Origin: a virus
Taxonomy: Duplodnaviria > Caudoviricetes
Length of the DNA: 47,411 nt
Strand: one strand, 5' to 3'
IMG/VR virus record: IMGVR_UViG_3300034103_001438
Location: 1-47,411 of that record
Shown in pieces: positions 29,021 through 37,893 of this stretch (positions within the stretch are counted from its first letter, which is position 1; every line of letters begins with the position of its first letter). A program made the translations under genes and the position numbers. The notes beneath the pieces were generated by a model. It was given only the letters and a program-made list of their open reading frames with translations. It was not told the DNA's origin and searched no databases.

Positions 29021-29717
29021 ATTTACCGAATCTGAAATCAAAATTCTCTATTCAACTATTGTTAAAAAAGATAAAGCATATTTTAAAAAATATGATATTT
29101 TATCAAATGAAGATAAACAATTCTTAGATAGCGTTCTGTCTCATCCAAGTTACAGATGGGACGTTAGGGATTACAGTCGAGTTAGAACAGTATTAGATTT
29201 TAAAAATTGGATTAATAAATATCAAATAAATATTGATAAACTAGCATATACATACGAGGATGATCCTGAAATTAAATTATTAAATTATAATAATAAATTT
29301 TTAATAAATTATGATGGGATAAATGGAGATCTACACGATATAGATTATATTAATGAATTTGATTTTTTCTTATTCAATCAGACAATAGAACATTTATATA
29401 ATCCTTTTATATGTGTTCAAAATATTTATAAATCACTAAAATTAGGAGGATACGTTTTTACAAGCGTTCCTACTATAAATATACCACACTCTACTCCTAT
29501 ACATTTTAATGGATTTAATACTATGGGCTTGTCTATGTTATTTAAAACATGCGGATTTGAAATTTTAGAAGTTGGTCAATGGGGTAATTATGAATATATA
29601 AATAAGCTTTTTGGCACACATACCTGGCCAGGATATTCAAATTTATCTGAAAATGGTATTAAAAATGAAGAAAAAAATATAGTTAGCTGCTGGATTTTAG
29701 CAAAAAAAGTAACTTAA
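29007..29717 (+). CDS. class I SAM-dependent methyltransferase-like protein
   Basis: FDFFLFNQTIEHLYNP...LKLGGYVFTSVP; motif I looks degenerate. Confidence 0.7.
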   Translation: MKYIKFTESEIKILYSTIVKKDKAYFKKYDILSNEDKQFLDSVLSHPSYRWDVRDYSRVRTVLDFKNWINKYQINIDKLAYTYEDDPEIKLLNYNNKFLINYDGINGDLHDIDYINEFDFFLFNQTIEHLYNPFICVQNIYKSLKLGGYVFTSVPTINIPHSTPIHFNGFNTMGLSMLFKTCGFEILEVGQWGNYEYINKLFGTHTWPGYSNLSENGIKNEEKNIVSCWILAKKVT

Positions 29718-29718
29718 A

Positions 29719-30489
29719 ATGATAATCATAAAATTACAAGGTGGTTTGGGAAATCAATTATTTCAGTGGGCATTTGGAAAAAGTTTATCTATAGATTTAA
29801 ATACTGAAATATATTTTGATTTATTTTTTTTAAATCAGAATATACCAGGAATTACCAAAAGATATTTAGAGTTAAATAAATTTCCATTGATCAAAGAAAA
29901 ATCATTAGATATCCCATATGAGAAACAATTATATCTTATTAATGACTATACTTCTATAGAAACTATAAATAAAAACTTTGATTATTATTTAAATGGATAT
30001 TTTCAAAAAGAAAAATATTTTAAACATAATAAAGATTTTATATTAAAAAATCTAAAATTTAATACAATTAAAAATAATTCTTTCTATAAATCTATTACTA
30101 ATTGTAACAGTGTATCCTTACATATAAGAAGAACAGATTATTTACTAAATCAACATCATCATCCTATCCAAGATAAAACATACTATGATGAAGCATTATC
30201 TTATATCAAAGACTATGATAAAATATTTGTATTTTCTGACGATATAGATTGGTGCAAAAATAATTTAAACTATAAAAATATAATCTTTGTTACAGGTCAA
30301 TCAAATATAGAAGATTTAATTCTTATGTCTAATGCTAAACATAATATTATAGCTAATAGTTCTTTTAGTTGGTGGTCTGCTTGGATCAATGAAAATAGGA
30401 ACAAAACAGTTATAGCTCCAAAGAGGTGGTTTGGGATAAGCCAGGAAGATAATGATCAAATGATACCAGATTCTTGGATTAAGATCTGA
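29719..30489 (+). CDS. GT11 alpha-1,2-fucosyltransferase-like
   Basis: GGLGNQLFQ, GYFQ, SLHIRRTDY, FSDDIDWC, IIANSSFSWW. Confidence 0.92.
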   Translation: MIIIKLQGGLGNQLFQWAFGKSLSIDLNTEIYFDLFFLNQNIPGITKRYLELNKFPLIKEKSLDIPYEKQLYLINDYTSIETINKNFDYYLNGYFQKEKYFKHNKDFILKNLKFNTIKNNSFYKSITNCNSVSLHIRRTDYLLNQHHHPIQDKTYYDEALSYIKDYDKIFVFSDDIDWCKNNLNYKNIIFVTGQSNIEDLILMSNAKHNIIANSSFSWWSAWINENRNKTVIAPKRWFGISQEDNDQMIPDSWIKI

Positions 30490-30549
30490 CTACAACGCCA
30501 ATGTTGTTTTTTTCGTCGGACCCTGTATAATACTAGTAAAGGAGTTACT

Positions 30550-30690
30550 ATGTCTGGTTTTATCTTAATGTGTCTCTGTTTTGCTGTTGTTCTTGGTTGG
30601 ATAGACGGTGGAAGAAAAGTTAGTAACTATAAACCATGCAATAATAATCAATCTCCAAACTATTTTATTTCTTTTTTCTTTTTTGAATAG
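30550..30690 (+). CDS. small membrane protein (46 aa), absent from the ORF track
   Basis: AAGGAG RBS then MSGFILMCLCFAVVLGWIDGGRK...FFFFE*; TGTATAAT upstream. Confidence 0.6.
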   Translation: MSGFILMCLCFAVVLGWIDGGRKVSNYKPCNNNQSPNYFISFFFFE

Positions 30691-30696
30691 GCTTAT

Positions 30697-31530
30697 ATGA
30701 ATTCTATAAAAATTAATAACCATGACTTCTATTACTATGACTCAACAGACCCAGTAATTTCTTATCTAAAAAATGGTCAACTATTTGGATCTAATAATTA
30801 TATGATATTAAATGCTTTTATGTCAAAAACAGACGAAGGCTGGATAGTTGACTGTGGATCTCATATAGGAACATTTGGTTTTTTACCAGCGTTAGAAAAT
30901 CAAAATATTTTAATGATTGATGGGGCAGTAAAGAATGTGGAGTGTTTAGAAAAAACATTTCATAATATGTCAAATGTTAAAGTTGAACAATGCATTCTGT
31001 TAGATAAACAGGCTAAATGTAATTTTTCTTCAGACTACGGACCATTTGGTTCTGCATCTCCTTCTGACAGTGGAGACAAAATATCAAATACATTAGACAA
31101 CATCTTAAAAAAACACAAAATAGATAAAGTCAAAGGTATTAAAATTGATATTGAAGGTAATGAATATGAGGCTATTCATGGAGCGATGGAAACGATAAAT
31201 AAATTTTTACCGCCAATCTTGCTAGAGATCAATGGATATTGCTTACTAAAACACGATAAAACACCACAAACATTGCTTAAACTGATGGAAGATATAGGAT
31301 ACTTATGTTTTCTGCCTCATCAGTATGGATTAATTCCATTCTTCTCAGATCGAAAATTTCCATTTTGTGTAGAAGATTTAATTTGTATACATAAAAATAA
31401 TATACATACATATATTGGTTTATATGGTATTGCAAATAAACTATCTGATGAAAAAATTAATGAAATTCTAGATAATAATAAAAATACCTCTAATGAGGAA
31501 TGCAAAGAATATTTTAATGCAATAGTATGA
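30697..31530 (+). CDS. FkbM family methyltransferase
   Basis: IVDCGSHIG, TLD, IKIDIEGNE, PILLE. Confidence 0.85.
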   Translation: MNSIKINNHDFYYYDSTDPVISYLKNGQLFGSNNYMILNAFMSKTDEGWIVDCGSHIGTFGFLPALENQNILMIDGAVKNVECLEKTFHNMSNVKVEQCILLDKQAKCNFSSDYGPFGSASPSDSGDKISNTLDNILKKHKIDKVKGIKIDIEGNEYEAIHGAMETINKFLPPILLEINGYCLLKHDKTPQTLLKLMEDIGYLCFLPHQYGLIPFFSDRKFPFCVEDLICIHKNNIHTYIGLYGIANKLSDEKINEILDNNKNTSNEECKEYFNAIV

Positions 31531-32060
31531 ATAAAAAACTACAAAACCAAAGAGTATATTTGGCCGGGGCTATGGATCGTGTTGCTGATCGTGGAACAGG
31601 TTGGAGAGATGAAATAACGCCATTTTTAGAATCATTAGGGGTTATCGTATTCAATCCAATTAAAAAACCATCTACTGTTGGGATGGAAGATTCTGAAACT
31701 CATAATCTTAAGAAAAAACTAAAATTGGAACAGAATTATAACGACCTTTCTCAACTTATGAAAGTTGTACGATCTGTTGATCTTAGACTAGTTGATATAA
31801 GTGATTTCTTGATAGTTAATCTGGATTTAGATATTCATCCTTGTGGAACTTATGAAGAAATTTTTTGGGCTAATAGACAAAAGAAACCAATTATTATTCA
31901 TATGGTTCAAGGAAAACAAAACACTCCAGACTGGTTATTTGGTACAATTCCACATCAGATGATATTTTCAACATGGAGCGAAATCAAAGAATACCTATCT
32001 TATATTAATAGTTCGGAAAATATAGAAAGTTATAAACGATGGTATTTTTTTTCAATATAA
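31527..32060 (+). CDS. nucleoside 2-deoxyribosyltransferase-like protein
   Basis: VYLAGAM, WR, VFNP, DLRLVDISD, GTYEE, KKPII. Confidence 0.8.
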   Translation: MNKKLQNQRVYLAGAMDRVADRGTGWRDEITPFLESLGVIVFNPIKKPSTVGMEDSETHNLKKKLKLEQNYNDLSQLMKVVRSVDLRLVDISDFLIVNLDLDIHPCGTYEEIFWANRQKKPIIIHMVQGKQNTPDWLFGTIPHQMIFSTWSEIKEYLSYINSSENIESYKRWYFFSI

Positions 32061-32063
32061 ATT

Positions 32064-32267
32064 ATGCCAAAATATTATATTAAATCTGGACAAATTAAAT
32101 TTATAGTTGACTGTACAGATCATGTATGTGCGATACTGGCAGCATTAACACACTATAAAGGTAAAGGAATAATGACTGGACCAAAAATTTGTGTTGGAGA
32201 ACAAGGATTTGAAGATTTCAAAAGATGGAAATGTTATGATACAGATAAGTTTTTGAAGGAAATATAA
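32064..32267 (+). CDS. hypothetical protein
   Basis: 67-aa ORF filling the gap; its stop overlaps the guaC start. Confidence 0.65.
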   Translation: MPKYYIKSGQIKFIVDCTDHVCAILAALTHYKGKGIMTGPKICVGEQGFEDFKRWKCYDTDKFLKEI

Positions 32268-33394
32268 TGCAAAAAATAATCAATGAAACTAAATTAGACT
32301 TTGACGATGTTCTTATTCGTCCAAAACGATCAACTCTTAATAGTAGATCTGAAGTAAGTTTATCAAGAAACTTTTATTTTAAATATTCTCCAAGAGAATT
32401 ACTTTGCACACCAATTATGGTTGCTAATATGGATACTGTTGGAACTTTTTCTATGGCTAGGTCATTGGGTATTCAAGGAGCAATAACATGTTTACATAAA
32501 CACTATAAAGTTCATGATTATGTTTCTTTCTATACTGATCCTAGTGTTATAAACAAAGATCTTACGTTTTATTCAGTAGGGACAGGTCATAAAGATATAG
32601 AAAAGCTTAATGAAGTTTTTAGCCAAATTAAAAAATTCAACTTTCCATTACCAAATATTTGTGTAGATGTTGCTAATGGATACTCTGAAAAATTTGTCAA
32701 AACAGTCTCTAATATTCGAAAATTATATGAAGAAGTAATTATTATGGCTGGGAATGTTGTAACCCCAGAAATGACAGAAGAATTGTTAATTCATGGTAAA
32801 ATTGATATAGTAAAGGTTGGTATAGGTTCAGGTAGTGTTTGTACCACACGTTTAAAAACGGGCGTAGGATACCCTCAGTTGAGTGCTGTGATGGAATGTA
32901 CGGACGCTGCTCATGGTCTTGGCGGACATATCTGTTCAGATGGTGGATGCAAAGTAGTAGGAGATATTTGTAAAGCATTTGGAGCAAATAGTGATTTTGT
33001 TATGCTTGGTAGTATGTTCGCTGGTTGTGACGAATGTGAAGGAGAATGGAAATATGATTATTATGTTGAAGCAGGATCATCTGCCCCAGGATTCTGGCAG
33101 TCCTTGGATCCAGGTTCAAATTCTGCAAAAAGAAAAATCTCTTTAAAATATTATGGCATGAGCAGCAAAGATGCTATGGATAAACATCACAATGGAGTAG
33201 CAAAGTATAGAACAGCAGAGGGTAAGTGCGTAACCGTATTGTATAAAGGAACTGCTGAAGAAATTATTTCAGATATTTATGGTGGAATACGAAGCGCTTG
33301 CACATATATTGGAGCAAATAAAATAAAAGACTTTGGTAAAAAAACAACATTTATACAAGTAAATAATACACATAATAAAGTATACGAAAAATGA
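32267..33394 (+). CDS. guaC: GMP reductase
   Basis: KLDFDDVLIRPKRSTL, ANMDTVGTF, CVDVANGYSE, KVGIGSGSVCTTR..TGVGYPQLSAV, YRTAEGK, GGIRSACTYIGA. Confidence 0.95.
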   Translation: MQKIINETKLDFDDVLIRPKRSTLNSRSEVSLSRNFYFKYSPRELLCTPIMVANMDTVGTFSMARSLGIQGAITCLHKHYKVHDYVSFYTDPSVINKDLTFYSVGTGHKDIEKLNEVFSQIKKFNFPLPNICVDVANGYSEKFVKTVSNIRKLYEEVIIMAGNVVTPEMTEELLIHGKIDIVKVGIGSGSVCTTRLKTGVGYPQLSAVMECTDAAHGLGGHICSDGGCKVVGDICKAFGANSDFVMLGSMFAGCDECEGEWKYDYYVEAGSSAPGFWQSLDPGSNSAKRKISLKYYGMSSKDAMDKHHNGVAKYRTAEGKCVTVLYKGTAEEIISDIYGGIRSACTYIGANKIKDFGKKTTFIQVNNTHNKVYEK

Positions 33395-34452
33395 GCATAG
33401 CAATATCTTGTCCTGTAAATAATACTGGTTATGGACTAGCATCCATAAATATATTAAAATCTTTATATGCAAAAGAACAAGACATAATCTATTTTCCAAT
33501 AGGAAATCCATCAATAAATTCGGAACAAGATCAAAAGATGCTTGTTCAGATGTATAATAGAAGATTAAAATTTGATGTTAATTCACCACATATTAAAATA
33601 TGGCATCAGTTTGATTTACTAGAACATATTGGAAGAGGTCAATATTATGCATTTCCTTTTTTTGAACTAGACACATTCAATAGTCAAGAACAAATGAGTT
33701 TGAGTGTGCCTGATGTAATCTTTGCAACTAGTCAATGGGCTAAAAATATTATACAAGATAATGTTTCAACACTAACCGAAATAGTTCCACTTGGTGTTGA
33801 TTGCAAAATTTTTGATTATCAAAAAATTCAAAAGACAAGAAGAGATAATAAATATGTCTTTTTAAATATTGGAAAATGGGAAATTAGAAAAGGTCATGAT
33901 TTTATCTATAAGGTTTTTAAGGATGCTTTTCCAACAGAAGATGATGTCGAATTATGGATCCTAGCATCTGAAAAAACAAATAACTATTCTAACGAGAATG
34001 AATTAAAAACATGGAAAGAAATATATTCAACTGATTCCAGAATCAAACTTTTTAATGGCGTAGATAATCAGTACGAAATTGCTCAATTAATAGCAAACTC
34101 TGATTGTGGACTGTACCCATCTAGAGCAGAAGGGTGGAATTTAGAATTATTAGAAACAATGGCAATGAATAAACCTACAATAGCAACTAATTACTCTGCT
34201 CATACTGAATTTTGTGATAATAGCAATTGTATGCTTGTGGATATTGATTCAACAGAGAAAGCATTTGATAATAAAGCATTTAATGGTCAGGGTAATTGGG
34301 CAAAAATAGGACCAAAACAAATAGACCAAATAATCCATTATATGAGATATTCATATGCTAATAGAATCACAACAAATACCAATGGAGTTATAACGGCCAA
34401 TAAATATACTTGGTCAAATACTGCTGACTCTATTTTGAGGTGTATATTTTAA
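33391..34452 (+). CDS. GT4-like glycosyltransferase
   Basis: TGYG, VPLGVD, IGKWEIRKG, PSRAEGWNLELLETMAMNKPTI, YTW. Confidence 0.9.
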   Translation: MSIAISCPVNNTGYGLASINILKSLYAKEQDIIYFPIGNPSINSEQDQKMLVQMYNRRLKFDVNSPHIKIWHQFDLLEHIGRGQYYAFPFFELDTFNSQEQMSLSVPDVIFATSQWAKNIIQDNVSTLTEIVPLGVDCKIFDYQKIQKTRRDNKYVFLNIGKWEIRKGHDFIYKVFKDAFPTEDDVELWILASEKTNNYSNENELKTWKEIYSTDSRIKLFNGVDNQYEIAQLIANSDCGLYPSRAEGWNLELLETMAMNKPTIATNYSAHTEFCDNSNCMLVDIDSTEKAFDNKAFNGQGNWAKIGPKQIDQIIHYMRYSYANRITTNTNGVITANKYTWSNTADSILRCIF

Positions 34453-34455
34453 TAT
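34439..34455 (+). promoter_or_regulatory. putative phage promoter (GGTGTA + AT-rich)
   Basis: GGTGTATATTTTAAT 35 nt before ATG 34474. Confidence 0.45.
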
Positions 34456-34473
34456 CTCAATAAAGGAATTATT

Positions 34474-35142
34474 ATGCCAATACCACAACCAGAAAAAAAT
34501 GAAGATAAAAAGAAATTTGTTGCAAGATGTATGGGTAACGGAGTTATGGTCAAGGACTATCCAGATAATAAGCAAAGAATAGCAATCTGTCTAAGTCAAA
34601 CATCTAAAAAATCTGACGCTGCATCTATTTTGGAAGATGTTTGTGATGCTATTGAATATATAAAAATATTAGAAGAACTAGAACTAGGATTTACAGAAGA
34701 AGTAACAGCAGAAAATTTTTACAATCCAAAAGAAGAAGATTACGAAGATATAGGATATCCAATAGAGGATGTAGAAGAATTTGATCTTATTTTTTCTAAA
34801 TTCGAATATAGAGATCCAGTAACCAATGAATTATACTATTATGATAGAAAAGGTATCCATACTAAGGATGGAAAACAATTGATCTATATAGGAAAAGGAT
34901 CAGAGTACCAAGGGAGAAAGGTTCAGCTAAACAAACCATTTAGAACTCCTGATGGTCCTAAAAAATCTAGCGTATATGTTAAAAACGATAAAGGAAATGT
35001 TGTAAAAGTTAATTTTGGTGATCCTAATATGAAGATAAAGAAAAGTATACCAGAAAGAAGAAAAAGTTTTAGAGCAAGACACAATTGTGATAATCCAGGA
35101 CCTAAATGGAAAGCAAGATATTGGTCTTGTAGGGCATGGTAA
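34474..35142 (+). CDS. conserved phage protein, two-module
   Basis: N-terminal PIPQP...FVARCM...QRIAIC module and basic C-terminal VNFGDPNM...RRKSFRARHNC...ARYWSC module; AAAGGA RBS. Confidence 0.75.
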   Translation: MPIPQPEKNEDKKKFVARCMGNGVMVKDYPDNKQRIAICLSQTSKKSDAASILEDVCDAIEYIKILEELELGFTEEVTAENFYNPKEEDYEDIGYPIEDVEEFDLIFSKFEYRDPVTNELYYYDRKGIHTKDGKQLIYIGKGSEYQGRKVQLNKPFRTPDGPKKSSVYVKNDKGNVVKVNFGDPNMKIKKSIPERRKSFRARHNCDNPGPKWKARYWSCRAW

Positions 35143-35144
35143 AC

Positions 35145-35618
35145 ATGAAAAATATAGAAGACTTATTAAAACAACAAGAGATAGAAATAAAAACTGTTGC
35201 CCAACAAGCAGACGTATACTCAGAAAAACCAGAAAAAATGGACACAGAATGTCCACCAGCAACACAAGATATTAGTATAAATTTGAATAATAGAAAAATT
35301 TGTGTAGAAAAAGCCAATTATGGGCCAGCAAATCCACAACTAGAAAATATTGATTTTTGGCAATACAAAGCGGATTTGTTTAAAACGTCTATAGAACAAG
35401 CCCGAACAATGAAGTGTTCAAATTGTGCTGCGTTTATTAAAAAAGACAAAATGCTCAAATGCATTCAAAAGAGTATTTGCCAAGAAGACATGAATGAAGC
35501 AAGCAAAATTGTTGAACTTGCTAATTTAGGCTATTGCGAATTGTTTGATTTTAAATGCGCCGGTGATAGAACATGCGATGCGTGGATTACTGGCGGCCCA
35601 CTAACCGACGAGGTATAA
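35145..35618 (+). CDS. Cys-rich conserved phage protein
   Basis: CPPATQD, YGPANP, CSNCAAF, GYCELFDFKCAGDRTCDAW. Confidence 0.75.
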   Translation: MKNIEDLLKQQEIEIKTVAQQADVYSEKPEKMDTECPPATQDISINLNNRKICVEKANYGPANPQLENIDFWQYKADLFKTSIEQARTMKCSNCAAFIKKDKMLKCIQKSICQEDMNEASKIVELANLGYCELFDFKCAGDRTCDAWITGGPLTDEV

Positions 35619-35620
35619 AA

Positions 35621-36085
35621 ATGGAACGTATTCATGATATTTTAAATTCTGTTAATGAAACTTTAAAAAGTAAATCAGAAGATACTGATTTCACCAAAAT
35701 AGATGAAATGGAAATAGAAACTCCAGAAATGGAAATGATGGAATATAAAAAAGATTTCTATGAAATGAGCGTAGGCTCGCTCAAAGCAATAGCACAACAC
35801 TCACAAAATATTCTCAACGCGCTTGAGAATCCAATGGTAAAAGAAAACTTGACAGAAAGCTGGCTACAGGGTAAAATCGCCATTACCGAAGACTATATGA
35901 GAACGATTCATGATTTTATCATGTATGTCTCTGAGGCTGCCGATAATATATCTGCTGGCGACAAACCTGGACTTTGGGATAATATTCGTAAGAAAAAAGA
36001 AAGAGAAGGTAAAAAATATAAGCCTGCAAAAAGAGGAGATAAAGATAGGCCTGATCCTGAACAATGGAAAAAGTTGACAAAATAA
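35621..36085 (+). CDS. hypothetical phage protein
   Basis: GAGG RBS before ATG 35621; ESWLQGKI..EDYM and GLWDNIRKKK modules. Confidence 0.75.
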   Translation: MERIHDILNSVNETLKSKSEDTDFTKIDEMEIETPEMEMMEYKKDFYEMSVGSLKAIAQHSQNILNALENPMVKENLTESWLQGKIAITEDYMRTIHDFIMYVSEAADNISAGDKPGLWDNIRKKKEREGKKYKPAKRGDKDRPDPEQWKKLTK

Positions 36086-36127
36086 TAAATATTTAAGATT
36101 TAATTTAAGGACACAAAAAGGAAACTA

Positions 36128-36733
36128 ATGAATACTGAATTTGATACTCTGTCTATATATGTATCTTTAGCAAAAAAAACTATATCTAAATTCGCACCAA
36201 GATTTTACAATGGACTAGCGAAAGAAATGTTAGCAAACGAAGAAGCTGTATCTGATGTTGCTACTGCTATAATGTATGCTGATTGGAGATTTGATCCTGA
36301 AAGATCTGGTAAAAGTGGACTCAAAAAGACTCTCTATTCTTATAGGAATCAGTGTGCAATATGGGCTATAAAAACATATGTTACGCATAAATATAAAAAT
36401 AAAAATAAAAAATCTCTAAGCTTAGATAATAATTTGAGCTCTATAGAAGAGCATGTTAATGCCTATGATTTATTAGCTTCATCATCAGAAAAAGATCCTT
36501 TGGAAAAAATTATAGAGAAAGAAGAACAACAAGAAGTTTCAAAAAATATCAATGAATTATTAAATAATGCAAATATTTCAGAAAAACAAAAACAGCAAAT
36601 TATTATGTACTATTTTGAAAATCTAACTCTATCAAAAATAGGTAAGCACTTTGGAGTATCTCGTGAGGCAGTAAGACAAAGTATAAAAAGAGCTATCGAG
36701 ACCATTAAAACCTATGACAAAATGTATACTTGA
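36128..36733 (+). CDS. RNA polymerase sigma factor (sigma70 family)
   Basis: Region-2-like ADWRFDPER...YSYRNQCAIWAI; region-4 HTH LTLSKIGKHFGVSREAVRQSIKRA. Confidence 0.85.
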   Translation: MNTEFDTLSIYVSLAKKTISKFAPRFYNGLAKEMLANEEAVSDVATAIMYADWRFDPERSGKSGLKKTLYSYRNQCAIWAIKTYVTHKYKNKNKKSLSLDNNLSSIEEHVNAYDLLASSSEKDPLEKIIEKEEQQEVSKNINELLNNANISEKQKQQIIMYYFENLTLSKIGKHFGVSREAVRQSIKRAIETIKTYDKMYT

Positions 36734-37064
36734 AATATATTGCTTGATATTAGATAGAGATAAACAAAAATATCAAGTATTATCTACTCATTCAGAAAAA
36801 TTTATTGTTTTGTCTCAAGATATTAATGAAAATGATATTAATCTAAATACAATATTATCAGAATTACTAGAAAATTATATTTCTTTATCTGCTGATTATA
36901 TTAAGTTTGTCCATCTTGAACCAAGAATAGAAAATAAAAATGTTATTATTTCATATTTTTGCTTAATACCATATAATATAGAACTTAAAAATTGCTATAA
37001 ACTTTATACAGAAAATCTTATATATGATTACCCATTACTTAGAAAAATTACTAACATGGCATAA
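36714..37064 (+). CDS. hypothetical protein
   Basis: 116-aa ORF in an overlapping gene run. Confidence 0.65.
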   Translation: MTKCILEIYCLILDRDKQKYQVLSTHSEKFIVLSQDINENDINLNTILSELLENYISLSADYIKFVHLEPRIENKNVIISYFCLIPYNIELKNCYKLYTENLIYDYPLLRKITNMA

Positions 37065-37419
37065 AAAAAAGCATAAACATGGAGTTATCGGTTCTATTAA
37101 TTTTTCTTTATTAGATAACTACTCTATTGATATTAATATTGATCTTCCTGATATGTCCAAGGCAACTCCAGAAAATATAGCTATATTAGCAGAAAGATAC
37201 GCTGAGTTTTTATTATCAATAAATCAAGGTTTTCATAAAACTAATATGGTTACTATTTTGCAGTCTAAAATAGACCAAAATAATTCTCAGCAATATTTAT
37301 TTATAGACAATATTATAGGATTTTGGGGATTATTATATGAGCAATACAAAAAGAATAAAAAAAATCATATAGAATATAACCAACCTGTAGTCAAGCCATC
37401 TAGAGTATTTAAGATATAA
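37024..37419 (+). CDS. hypothetical protein
   Basis: 131-aa ORF in an overlapping gene run. Confidence 0.65.
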   Translation: MITHYLEKLLTWHKKKHKHGVIGSINFSLLDNYSIDINIDLPDMSKATPENIAILAERYAEFLLSINQGFHKTNMVTILQSKIDQNNSQQYLFIDNIIGFWGLLYEQYKKNKKNHIEYNQPVVKPSRVFKI

Positions 37420-37446
37420 TAGATTTGATCTCTCTGTGATAATAAA

Positions 37447-37893
37447 ATGAATAAAACTGAAAGAAAAATCATTATGTGGGAAAAATGGAGAGATCCATTT
37501 GGAGAAAAAGACGATAATGATATTGATGAAGAACCATATAGTAATTTTTATGATGATGAAGAAGAAGACGGAGCAAATGAAGAATTTGACACTATATTAA
37601 ATAATTTTGGCAAAAAACAAATAAAAGTTATTGCTACTCCAATGGGTATAATACCAGTTAATGAAAATACAGCTAGTGGAAAGCTTTTTAATTTTTGGAT
37701 TGGTCATACTAATTTTGATATCACAAGAAAAATTTCAGAAACGATAGAACAAATAAATGGAGTAGAATGTTTAGATATTTTTACAAGGTATAGATTTAGA
37801 GTTGCAATAGGCAAAGCATTTTATGACTCTGAAGTTAAAAAAAATATTCAGGATACTATTTACGAAATAGTGCAAGATAATGAAAATAAATAA
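37447..37893 (+). CDS. hypothetical protein
   Basis: 148 aa; WEKWRDP, acidic patch, FWIGHTNFDIT, GVECLDIFTRYRFRVAIGKAF. Confidence 0.75.
   Translation: MNKTERKIIMWEKWRDPFGEKDDNDIDEEPYSNFYDDEEEDGANEEFDTILNNFGKKQIKVIATPMGIIPVNENTASGKLFNFWIGHTNFDITRKISETIEQINGVECLDIFTRYRFRVAIGKAFYDSEVKKNIQDTIYEIVQDNENK

Noticed and set aside
6492-34452. Bacterial O-antigen/capsule locus or eukaryotic giant virus origin
   Set aside because: No wzx/wzy/export genes, and the context (rIIA/rIIB, sigma70 factor, SD sites, overlapping operons) indicates a bacteriophage.
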